Source: Saprolegnia diclina VS20 (taxonomy: Eukaryota). Taken from it: a stretch of DNA of 20,283 bases. Under the pieces are notes generated by a model. It made no database searches, was not told the DNA's origin, and saw nothing but the letters and a program-made list of their open reading frames with translations. A program made the translations under genes and the position numbers. The stretch's first letter is position 1, and every line of letters begins with the position of its first letter. The stretch is from assembly GCF_000281045.1 (NCBI RefSeq), contig NW_008246076.1, positions 215,286-235,568 of the forward strand. Reading direction: 5' to 3'. Positions 1-9,115 of the stretch are shown piece after piece.

Positions 1-40
1 CTACGCTAAATAAAATTGTCGGACTTTCTTCGTTGTGTAG

Positions 41-150
41 GCGCTGGTGATGATCTTGATCTCGGCCGGCGGAGGCAGGAGCGCGATCCGCGGGACAAGG
101 TGCTGGCGCGGCCACTCGTGTTGACCGAGGAGCCGGAGAAGGCGACGTAG
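41..150 (+). CDS. Probable last exon of a gene entering from the left edge (product unknown)
   Basis: An AT-rich intron-like stretch with branch-like GCTAA and a GTGTAG acceptor ending at 40 is followed by GC-rich coding-like sequence. One frame reads (G)AGDDLDLGRRRQERDPRDKVLARPLVLTEEPEKAT* with TAG at 148-150. The frame cannot be confirmed without upstream exons. Confidence 0.35.
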
Positions 151-843
151 AGCCATCTGCCCTGGGTTTTGAACGAGGCTGTGGTGCAAGTGCATTTGAG
201 CGACACGCGCCGCTTTGACGGCAATCGTCCATGGGCTGGGCAGTGGAAAGTCGGCAGTATGGCGAAATTGGTACCAGGGGCCATTCATCTCGAAGCACCT
301 CACCCAAGCTCGAATAAGGTCCCTGCGTCTCGACAATTTTCAGTGATGCAAGAGAAATAAAAATTGCCCTTGGTTGATGGCAACCCGAGAGCTTGAGGGC
401 CCTAGCGCGAACGCTCTCCTGGGGCGCGTCTTCGCCTTTGCACGCTCCTCGGCTCATCGGCTCATCTGCTCGACGTCATGCAAGACTAGCACCTGAATAG
501 TACTACACAATAACTAACCGACGTATAGTATACCGTTGCATTCTTGGATTTATCAACAAGGAGGACGCGACGATGACTATTCCCGGCTCATACTTGAGTA
601 GAATTCCAGTTCTCGGTCTGACCTCGCCGACGCAAGGTCGCGGACGCCGCAAATATTTTTACTCGACCGACGACCGCGATCAAACTAAAGCTGTGTACAC
701 ATCGACAAAGCAACCTGCGCGCTTTGTCTCTGCCAGCGGCTAAAGAGGCGTGCGTTTAGCCCATGCCATCGTTATCCGGATGACCAATGGTTGTCGCGCT
801 TCAAGGTGCACGCACAACTGGACACTGGACGACGACGCAGAGC

Positions 844-2663
844 ATGACACCGGTGCCGTACGACCAGTTCACCAAGGACGAGCTGCTCCAGGTGGTGCGC
901 AAGCTGCGCGAGTCGCCCGACAACCTCGCGCACGCGGTCGACACGGTGGCGCGGGCCGTGCGCAGCGGCGAGCCGCAGACCAAGAAGCAGAAGAAGCTGG
1001 CGTACAACCAAAAGCCGCCCAAGCCCTTTGACTTCAGCCGCTTCCGCACCCGCCACATTGCGCTCAAGTTCTCGTACGCAGGCGAAAAGTACGCCGGGTT
1101 TGCCCGCCAAGACCACATGGAGGTCGATCCGGCTGTCTCTCTGCCAGGAGCTTATCCTTGGCTTAGCACACGATCGAGCGGTATCTCATCGATGCGCTGC
1201 ACCGCGCGCGGCTCATTGAAGACTTCAACAAGTGCGGCTACTCGCGCTGCGGCCGCACTGATGCCGGCGTCAGGTAGTCCGCACCCACCCGCCTTCCCAT
1301 CGCCAAACCGCCGAGCGTAGCGCCCTCGGGCAAGTCGTCGGGCTCATCGTGCGCTCGAATGTGCCCACGGACGCAGTGCTTCTCGACGACAAGAACATCG
1401 ACGACATTCTCCCAAACGAGCCCTTCCGCATCCAGCTCCCGGACGGTACCATCAAGACGCTCACCGAGCTCGACTACCCAGTCTCGCTCAACTCGGCGCT
1501 GCCGGCCGTACGTTTGGCTATCAGCATGCATATCTCTATGGATTGCATAGGACATTCGCATCTATGGCTGGGCGCCGGCGCCGCGGGCCGAGTGGAGTGC
1601 GCGCTTTGACTGCATCGGCCGCGTATACAAGTACTTTTTCCATCGACGCCGGATGGACTTGACGGTATCGATTCCTCATTTTGTGCGATGCGCAGTGGAG
1701 CATGCTATGATGCTAGCGCATGCGGGAGGCAGCGGCGCTTCTCCAAGGCGTCGACATGGACCACCGCAACTTTTGCCGCATGGACCCAAACGTCCTAGCG
1801 TTCAAACGCTCGATCTCGTCGTTCAAGATTCACGAAGCCGAGCCCGTCGACGCCAGCGGAGATGAATACTACCAGCTGTGCTACCTCGAGGTATCCGATT
1901 GAACTCTATCCAATGGTTGTTGGATTCGGTTTTGGATAGATCCATGGCAAGGCCTTCTTGTGGCATCAAGTCCGCTGCATGGCAGCCGTGTTGTTTCTCG
2001 TCGGCCGCGGGCTCGAAGCGCCGTCGATCGTGACGACGCTCCTTGACATTGAGGCTACGCCCCGCAAGCCCCAGGTAGAGATTGCGTGGTGGAGGCACAT
2101 GGACCCAATCGTACGTAGTACGAAATGGCCTCGGAGCTCCCGCTGGTGTTGCACGACTGCAAATACGACCAGATGCACATGACGTACGACACTATTGTCC
2201 ACATAGGATAATGGTGTTGTTACTTTTACACATTAGGTTTACGCCGGGCGTGCTCAACCGTGTCTACTGCGACATTGAAGAGCAGTGGGAAGCCGCGAGT
2301 CTTCGCACGGCGATGCTCAAGAACGAGCTCGAGACGATCAAGTCGCTCAACGTATCGCGACCCCACGCGCTCCTGGAGGTCCAAAAGCGGCTCAAGCATT
2401 TGAGCCCCGACCAAGTGGACGCCAAGGTGCCAGCGGCGTCGTCGGACGACCTCCTTCCGTTTGGCAGCGTCTGGCCGTCGCTGCCGCCGGCAGGCAAAGG
2501 GCTCAAGCACATTCCACTGCTGCAGCGCAAGACGGGTCCGTCGGTCGAGGAGAAGATGGAAAAAACCATGCGGTACATGGGTTTGAACTCGCCAACTACG
2601 TACGATACCGAGGTGTGTAGGAAACGCATGGCCAAGGAGCTCCAGGCCGAGGAAGACGCGTGA
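844..2663 (+). CDS. PUS3: tRNA pseudouridine synthase, TruA family (PUS3/DEG1-like, positions 38/39); 9 exons, about 479 aa
   Basis: Exons 844-1122, 1167-1273, 1321-1507, 1551-1664, 1717-1890, 1940-2074, 2119-2183, 2237-2572, 2621-2663 (all GT-AG, total 1440 nt). Motifs: KPFDFSRF..RHIALKFSYAGEKYAGF, catalytic YSRCGRTDAGVSALGQV, SARFDC..RVYKYFF, HRNFCRMD, GKAFLWHQVRCM, RKPQYEMASELPLVL. Confidence 0.93.
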
Positions 2664-2968
2664 TCGATTGGACTATCAACTTGATACTTTCTGCAACTCG
2701 CGTAACCCTAAAGCCCAACAAGATGCCTCTTGCAAGCGTTGGGAGATCGAGTCGATGCTCAGTCGTTGAAAGTACGAGTCGCCGCTTGTCATAGTCGGAG
2801 ACGCGGGAGAGGAAAGACTCTGGATAATAGCTTCGACATATGATTAGCAGCGTCGGTGGTTTGTGATACATTTGGAAATTCGAGCGGGTCGTGAACCCTA
2901 CCCCTAGATCCTGTTTCCGAACCTGTAGATCCAGCCAGCTCGACGAAGGCTTCCTCGAGCCCGAGTCA

Positions 2969-2984
2969 ACTCATTTTCCAATTT
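2969..2984 (+). promoter_or_regulatory. Oomycete INR+FPR core promoter element
   Basis: ACTCATTTTCCAATTT matches the oomycete consensus GCTCATTYYNCAWTTT at 15/16 positions and ends 5 nt before ATG 2990. Confidence 0.75.
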
Positions 2985-2989
2985 GCTTC

Positions 2990-3577
2990 ATGGTGGCCAT
3001 CTACCTCTCCAGTATCTTTACGCTTGCACTCGCTGCGCAAGAGGCGCCGGCGGATGCCATGACGTTCAAGAAACCCGACGGCGGCGGCGGCTGGAACTCG
3101 GGCGGCGGCTGGCAAATCAACGGCGGCGGCAAGTGGAATGGCGGTGGCGGTGGCTGGAACAACGGCGGCGGCTGGAACAACGGCGGTGGCTGGAACAACG
3201 GCGGTGGCGGCGGCTGGGGCAAGAGAACACCATGCCCGCAGCCTGGACCCAATCCTGGTCCCGCGCCAGGCCCCATTCCCGGCCCTGCTCCAGGCCCGAA
3301 CCCCGGTCCCGCTCCAGGCCCCAATCCCGGTCCTGCTCCAGGCCCTAACCCCGGCCCACAACCGGGTCCTGGTCCGTACAGCCCTCAGCCTGGCCCTGGG
3401 CCGCAGCCTGGCCCTCAACCGGGTCCTCAACCAGGTCCGCAGCCGGGTCCGCAGCCTGGCCCTCAACCAGGTCCGCAGCCGGGTCCACAGCCGGGTCCGC
3501 AGCCTGGTCCAGCCCCTGGTCCTGGCCCTGCGCCGTACAACCCCAACGAATGGCAGCGCAATCTTCGTCAAAACTAG
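2990..3577 (+). CDS. Secreted Gly/Trp- and Pro/Gly-rich repeat protein (195 aa, intronless)
   Basis: Signal-peptide-like MVAIYLSSIFTLALAAQ, then a GGGWNN-type block, KR, about 25 PGP(N/A/Q/I) units and a YNPNEWQRNLRQN* tail. Third codon positions vary between repeat units, as expected for a coding repeat. A core promoter lies directly upstream. Confidence 0.85.
   Translation: MVAIYLSSIFTLALAAQEAPADAMTFKKPDGGGGWNSGGGWQINGGGKWNGGGGGWNNGGGWNNGGGWNNGGGGGWGKRTPCPQPGPNPGPAPGPIPGPAPGPNPGPAPGPNPGPAPGPNPGPQPGPGPYSPQPGPGPQPGPQPGPQPGPQPGPQPGPQPGPQPGPQPGPQPGPAPGPGPAPYNPNEWQRNLRQN
3080..3220 (+). repeat. Coding tandem repeat, (GGC)n-TGG-AAC-AAC units (GGGWNN)
   Basis: For example ggcggcggctggaacaac recurs with variation; about 7 Trp-containing units. 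Confidence 0.9.
3236..3536 (+). repeat. Coding 12-nt tandem repeat (PGPx tetrapeptide)
   Basis: ccgggtccgcag / cctggccctcaa / ccaggccccaat units. The first half is mostly PGPA/PGPN and the second half PGPQ. Confidence 0.9.
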
Positions 3578-3962
3578 ATTTGTTCTCTCTTCTAAGTATC
3601 CCTCAATTTTATGTCCTACATCACTACTACACCTTGGCCAATTCCATTCACCGCCGCTTCTAATATTGAGCAGCGTTTTCGTAGCCTCTCTTTTGGCTCC
3701 GATCACTGGGCTCCGATACACGAAAGCGCTACGACGGGATAGAGAAACGCAGATCTTCAGCAGCTTGGATATGGCAAGGGTATGGCGTCTTGGGTGGCAG
3801 CTGCGACCGATCTTCCTCAACTTTTCTTTGCACGTCGAGCCAGCTTTGGACGACTCCAGACTCCATGAGACTCTCGTCACCGAGACACCACGCCATGGCC
3901 AACCATCACCAATCTAGCTCGCAGTAGCTCTCTACCTTCCGCTTCAGAAAGATTATGTTTTG

Positions 3963-4579
3963 TTATTCAAGGTGCAACCAGAACGCAGCGCCGGGCCCGT
4001 GACTGGAAAAGACCAGCTCTGCCGACGTATCTTGCGCCCACACGAGCGTCATGGGCGACACGCGCACGCTCTCGAGGCCGTTGATCATGAGCTCGCCGCC
4101 ATCGACCTAATCACAATCAGTTAGCGTCCAACACAAAGCAAAAGCAAGTCGAATCGGACCGTGAAGAGACCGAGGAACCGAGCACCCATCGCGTAGAGGC
4201 TGTGCGTCGCTTTGGCGTTGGTCACGACCATGCTCCCGCCGTCGGCTTCGCGATACATGACATTGAAGTCACGGACGGCGCTGCCGAGAAGCGAGCACGC
4301 CGGGGCAAGCGCGCCATCAAATTCGTAGAGCTTGTCGCCGACGCAAATGTCCATGTCCTCAAACAGGCGGACGCCGTCGCCCGAGAGGACCGTAAACCAC
4401 CGGCGGATCCCGTCAAAGGACGAGAACGGCCCGTCCTGCGTCACGTCCGCGATCGAGACACGGAGGGTCCAGTCGTCGGCGCCTTGCGGCCACGCCACGA
4501 GCTGCCGCGTCTCGCCGCCGCCATTCTTCCACGGCGTCGGCGCAACGTCGTCAAAGGTCACGTGCTGCCACTCGGTCAT
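3963..4579 (-). CDS. hutD: HutD/Ves family protein (bacterial-type, cupin-like); 2 exons, 187 aa
   Basis: Exon 1 (4579-4160) has PWKNGGGETRQL, RVSIADVTQDGPFSSFDGIRRWFTVLSGDG, FDG and RDFNVM, all HutD hallmarks. The 53-nt intron 4159-4107 reads GTCCGA...GCTAAC...TTAG. Exon 2 (4106-3963) reads VDGGELMINGLESVRVSPMTLVWAQDTSAELVFSSHGPGAAFWLHLE*. Confidence 0.88.
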
Positions 4580-5740
4580 TTTGGAAAGTGCGTGACGCTC
4601 GCTTCGTATCCGGATCCGAAACGCTTTTCTGAAATAGTATATGGAGAATATGCAAACAATAGTGTAAGAAAGAGATCGATTTGCGTGGTGCCGAACATGG
4701 GCGCTGCTCGACTTTTCCGAGAGGTCGACAAGTACGTTATATGCAACGGTATCGTGGATACCGGCAGCCTTCGAGACGGTAGATGGATTATTTGCAAAGC
4801 GCTTGGCGCTTGGTGCCCACAGTAAATTCTGTGTGGGGCAAGGTCGGACTTTTGAAATGGTGTGAAACTCGCAAAGCTCTGGGGGGCATCGAGTGACGGC
4901 GTGCAGCGAGTCAAAGAGCTAGGTGCACCGAGCTACTCAACAAGATCGAGGCGGATGCTTGCCGAACGCACCTTGTACGCTATGAGACACCCCGTGCCGC
5001 GGCCCGTGCAAAAGGCTTTGGCGAGCGACGGTCGAACCGCGGATGCCACACACCTCGAAGGTCACAAGGACCCTCGATGCCACCACGGTACATTGCATTT
5101 ACAAATGCTATGTGTGCACCCTCAAACGTTTTGATGCACAAGACGGTGCAGGACAGCTTGAAGTATCGTACGAAGTTCGAGCTGTCTCTCGCGACGCCAC
5201 GTAATCCAATGACGTGGCGCGCTGCTGGCATCGCTCGGGGTCTGCGTCATCAAGGTACGAATGCCTCGGTCCAACACAGCAACGAGCGACGATCACTAGA
5301 AAACGAAGCGATTCTCGAGACGCGATGCATACCTTCATTATTCTTGGCGCTAGTACATTGTAGTTGGCTGGAAGGAATCAACGAAGAAGGGTCGACCCTG
5401 AAACCTTGAAGCTGAGATTTCGTGTCGAACTACTACGGTAATCGTCCGAGAGATCGCGAGCGTCGAGTACACTGTACTGTCCGACATGTAGGAGCGTCCC
5501 AGCCGTCCATTTTCTTCTCCAGCCTGGCACATGTAGATTCCGAGGCTAGAACCATATGGAGTCCGTCGACGGCATTGCATCACGGAGGACAAAGCCACCT
5601 CGTTGGTGGACAGCGCAGTCCTTCCAACTCAGATTCCAACTCCCACCTGACAATCTGGTCGGTTCAACAATTCTACAATTCTACGCATCAGGTGGGAAAA
5701 ATCGATCCAGCCACATCAAGGCGGACCTCGATGATCGTCG

Positions 5741-5770
5741 CCACATCTCGCCCACATCTCGCCCACATCG
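5741..5770. repeat. Short intergenic tandem repeat (CCACATCTCGC) x about 2.7
   Basis: ccacatctcgc ccacatctcgc ccacatcg, with a further gccacatc at 5710-5717. Confidence 0.7.
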
Positions 5771-6281
5771 TTGTACCAGACAGCATCTTACTACCACAAT
5801 CGGGCGCATCCCTTCCCAGCGGTAGTACTCCCAGCGTACTCTAAATAGTAAAAGATGCTGCTGTTGGAACAAAAGCGGCTTGAGCAGTCGGATGCGATGC
5901 GACATCACGCCGCCCTTCAGCTGCATGACAAGGACGACGCGCTCGTACCGGAAGAGACGTAGAGGCTGGTGCTGTGAGTACACTCAGCTCGCAGTTGCGG
6001 CGGCCTGCTGATCACATGCTCACATACTAGTACTGTGCAGGTCGATTGCTCGATATGGAGTTGTTGAATTAGGACAAGTCCTAATCACGCGGTGCACTGT
6101 ACATTTCGTGGTTGTCCCATGCAACCCACCCATTACTCATCGCCGCCGATGCTGCAACCCACGACGCTTTGCCACTGCTCGCGGTCGAGGCGCGACTCGA
6201 CCGACAAGCTCGTCCTCTAACGAAGCTTGTTTGTGAAACGAGTGATAAATAATATTACATAACCAACGGCAACGCTACAGA

Positions 6282-7520
6282 CTAGGCCACGTGGTGCAAT
6301 TTGACAATAATGGCCGACACGTTGTCGGTCGAGCCGAGGCGAAGCGCGTGCTGGAGCAAATCTTCGCACGTCTTTTGGACGCCTTGCAGCGAGAGACGCG
6401 GGCGGACGTACGCGACGAGCTCGTCCGGCGTCATGACGTCAAAGAGGCCGTCACAGCCGAGCACGATAAACTCGTCGGCTGGCGAGAGATGACGCTGAAT
6501 GACGTGGGGCACGCCGCCGACAAGGTCGCCGTTGAACTTGGCCGCGAACGTCCCGCGGGACGTCTTGAAGTCGTTGTCACCAAACGCGCGCGAGACGCCG
6601 AGGACGCCAAAGATGCGTCCGTTGACGACCGTGCCCTTGGCTGCTACGATGCGTGCAATCTCGGACGCTTCGGTCGGTCGGTGCGAGAGGCAGAGGTCGA
6701 GCGCGTGGCCGTCGTTCGTGCACAGAATGGCCTGCGAGTCGCCAAGCGACGCGACAGCAAGCACGTCGTCTTTGACTGCAAGGCAGATGGCAGTCGAGCC
6801 GTGCTCGACGTTGGCTTCGTAGATGGCATTGTCCGTGAAGAGCATGGCTTCTTCGAGCTGTGATGCGAGCGTCGACTGTGGCCGCTGCGTCAAGTGGGTA
6901 AAGAACGTCTTGTAGAGGTTCTCGGCCAAGTACTCGGAGACCTTGGTCCCGCCATGGCCGTCAAAGACACCAAAGAACCCGACGGGTCTGTCGTTGATTG
7001 TCTCGGTCGCGGCGATGTGGCGGTCTTCGTTGACCGCGCGCTGGCCCTTGAGGGACGCGGCGCCATAGACAAGGTTCAAGCGTGCTTCAATCGTGTCGCG
7101 GGACGAGTCGAGCATGTCACCGTGCATGAGCGACGGCGAGTGTAGCGCCGATGAGCTGCTTGTCGGCGTCGAGTGCAAACTGTTGCTGGGCGTGGCGGCG
7201 TCGAGCACCATGCCTTGTTCGCCAAAGATGCTCATGACGTCGCGGTGCTTCTTGGGCACATGCGACATCGGGCGCTTCACGCTGGCATGGGACGTCGGGA
7301 TCACAGAGACATGCGGCGTGTGGTCGCGCACGCGCAGCGCGTTGTAAAACTGCTGGAGGTCCGGGTCGTCCGACACGGGCAGGTGGTTCGGATTGCAGCT
7401 CAAGGGCGAGCGCGACGCGCGCCGTGGCCGCGTCGGCTCATACACGTCGGGATGCGCCGAGCTGGACATGGTGGCCGAGTCAATAGAGGTCGTCGAGGTG
7501 CTGGAAGGCGTGCAGCCCAT
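6282..7520 (-). CDS. Protein phosphatase 2C (PPM family), intronless, 412 aa
   Basis: PP2C motifs: GQRAVNEDRH, FFGVFDGHGG, GSTA, LGDSQAIL, HRP..E..RI, GVLGVSRAFGD, DEFIVLGCDGLFDVM, GSTDNVSAIIV. The first ATG at 7520 gives MGCTPS. Confidence 0.93.
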   Translation of the reverse strand: MGCTPSSTSTTSIDSATMSSSAHPDVYEPTRPRRASRSPLSCNPNHLPVSDDPDLQQFYNALRVRDHTPHVSVIPTSHASVKRPMSHVPKKHRDVMSIFGEQGMVLDAATPSNSLHSTPTSSSSALHSPSLMHGDMLDSSRDTIEARLNLVYGAASLKGQRAVNEDRHIAATETINDRPVGFFGVFDGHGGTKVSEYLAENLYKTFFTHLTQRPQSTLASQLEEAMLFTDNAIYEANVEHGSTAICLAVKDDVLAVASLGDSQAILCTNDGHALDLCLSHRPTEASEIARIVAAKGTVVNGRIFGVLGVSRAFGDNDFKTSRGTFAAKFNGDLVGGVPHVIQRHLSPADEFIVLGCDGLFDVMTPDELVAYVRPRLSLQGVQKTCEDLLQHALRLGSTDNVSAIIVKLHHVA

Positions 7521-7571
7521 GAAGATGGAGCGGGCGTGGAACGTCACGGTGGCACTCGTGGTCGAGGTTTC

Positions 7572-7590
7572 GAAAATTCCGAAATGAAGC
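7572..7590 (-). promoter_or_regulatory. INR+FPR-like core promoter of the PP2C gene
   Basis: Minus-strand GCTTCATTTCGGAATTTTC (about 13/16 to consensus), 52-70 nt upstream of ATG 7520. Confidence 0.6.
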
Positions 7591-9115
7591 GACGGGCAGG
7601 TCCGTCAACCGAAAATTATAGCCAATCCCCGCGCAGCCCTAATCGCTGTCCTAATTAGGACGCGCCGCCGTGTGCAACCTTTGCAAATATTAGAAAACCG
7701 AGCGAACCCGCGCGCTTTTTCTGCTGATATACAATATCTCGTATACACTGTCTTCTGCTTGCTACTAGCATCGACAAGGACCACCGAGTGCAGTCCCATT
7801 CAACCTCTCAAACGGTTCAGTATGGGAGGATAAGTGCTCGATTCTTTGGCTCTACGTAGGTATACCCACGATTTGATTTGCAAGTTCAAGAAGACTCGAG
7901 ACCACCCGGCGGCGCGTGCAGGTGCTGTAGGCGGCTGTAGCTAGATACCTCGACCCCTCGTCGCGCGCGCAAAATAGTACAAAGATCAAGAGCGATTGTC
8001 TCTGCGCGCGGTCAGAAGAAGGCGGAACGGAGCTTGCCATAACATTACAAAATACAAAGTAGAGGCTGAAGGCGTATACACTGGAGGGCATGAACGCTCG
8101 GCAACGACGACATGTACGGGCTGATTTGCCAGCCTCTACTCGTGTACCATGTAGTATACGAGGTAATTACACAACGAGGAGGCTTTGAGCGCGATCCACA
8201 GCGCTGCTTCTACGGGAACCCTGCGACAAGGCGACACAGTGTACTCGATGCTAGTCAAATACACTGTATGACAACGCTGGTTGCGCGACATCGAGCGTTC
8301 TTATGGTTGCTGCAAAGACACTTCAACATCCGAATTGGCCTCAAACCAGGCCACGGCGGTGAAACTTTTCAACCAATCACATGCCGCTATGCCGCGACAC
8401 GCGTCTCCGATTGGTGGAAAAGGGCGCTGAATTTTGGCGCACCGCGACACGCACCACAGCACATTTTCAGATTTTCAGATCTCTCGATTTCAGATTTCAC
8501 ATTTTCAGTCGATCTTCCATGTTCAGATACCTGTTCAGAAGTCGATGCAAACGTAGCAAGCAGAGACGGTCGTACGCCATGGCGCTCGCAACTACCTCGA
8601 CGCGAGTCGTTCGATTCGTGCTTGAAGTTGCCAAGCTTCTTTATTTTGTAGTCACGTGACGTCTGGTTCTTCCCCCAGATGGCGACTAGTCAACCGACGA
8701 GATTGCAACTAATGCTTGAAGATCGGTCGTTCCGGTCGCCAGATCGTGTCATGTCCATGGCACCGCATTTTGCACAACTTGTCTATGGTCCAAACCAATA
8801 TTACTGCGAGTCTCAACGCGCGCACAAATTTGAAACTCAACGCGCGTCTGTCTCGCATACCAGATTCGAGCGCATGGACATGGCGTCTTTCTATCCCAGG
8901 CGCTTGAACCTCAACGTAAGGACACAAGGGCACGCAGCGTCCGAGGCGACGCTGGGCGATCCCACTCTACTGACAACGCGTCGAGCGACGCAGGCTTCTT
9001 CTTCGTCTTCTATCAACGACCAACGCATGCTCACGAGTCATCCAACATGCACGCTTTGAGCAGAAGAATGCGAGACGACCAAAAGCAAGTTAACAAGAGT
9101 GTATATAGTCCTCGT

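Noticed and set aside
154..600. Possible RNase P/MRP RNA (GGAAAGTCGG at about 246, CTGCCC/GGGCAG stem before it, CCCGGCTCA at about 581)
   Set aside because: The putative CR-V lacks the conserved ACnnAA core, P4 pairing has a mismatch, and there is no convincing P1 or CR-IV. An Infernal/Rfam search would be needed.
2703..2710. Telomere-like AACCCTAAA (about 2704-2712)
   Set aside because: A single copy, expected by chance.
3236..3536. Repeat array as CRISPR or collagen
   Set aside because: There are no unique spacers, and the period is four residues (PGPx) rather than Gly-X-Y.
2966..3917. Long alternative-frame and antisense ORFs over the repeat protein
   Set aside because: Shadows of a GC-rich coding repeat with no independent signals.
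4600..6280. Short ORFs in the HutD-PP2C intergenic region
   Set aside because: No recognisable domain, consistent splice chain or terminal repeats. They could be degraded sequence but I cannot support a call.
8112..8200. ARID-like peptide ICQPLLVYHVVYEVITQRGGFE
   Set aside because: It lacks the DL motif and the downstream conserved Trp, and the rest of the ORF is not coding-like. Probably coincidence.
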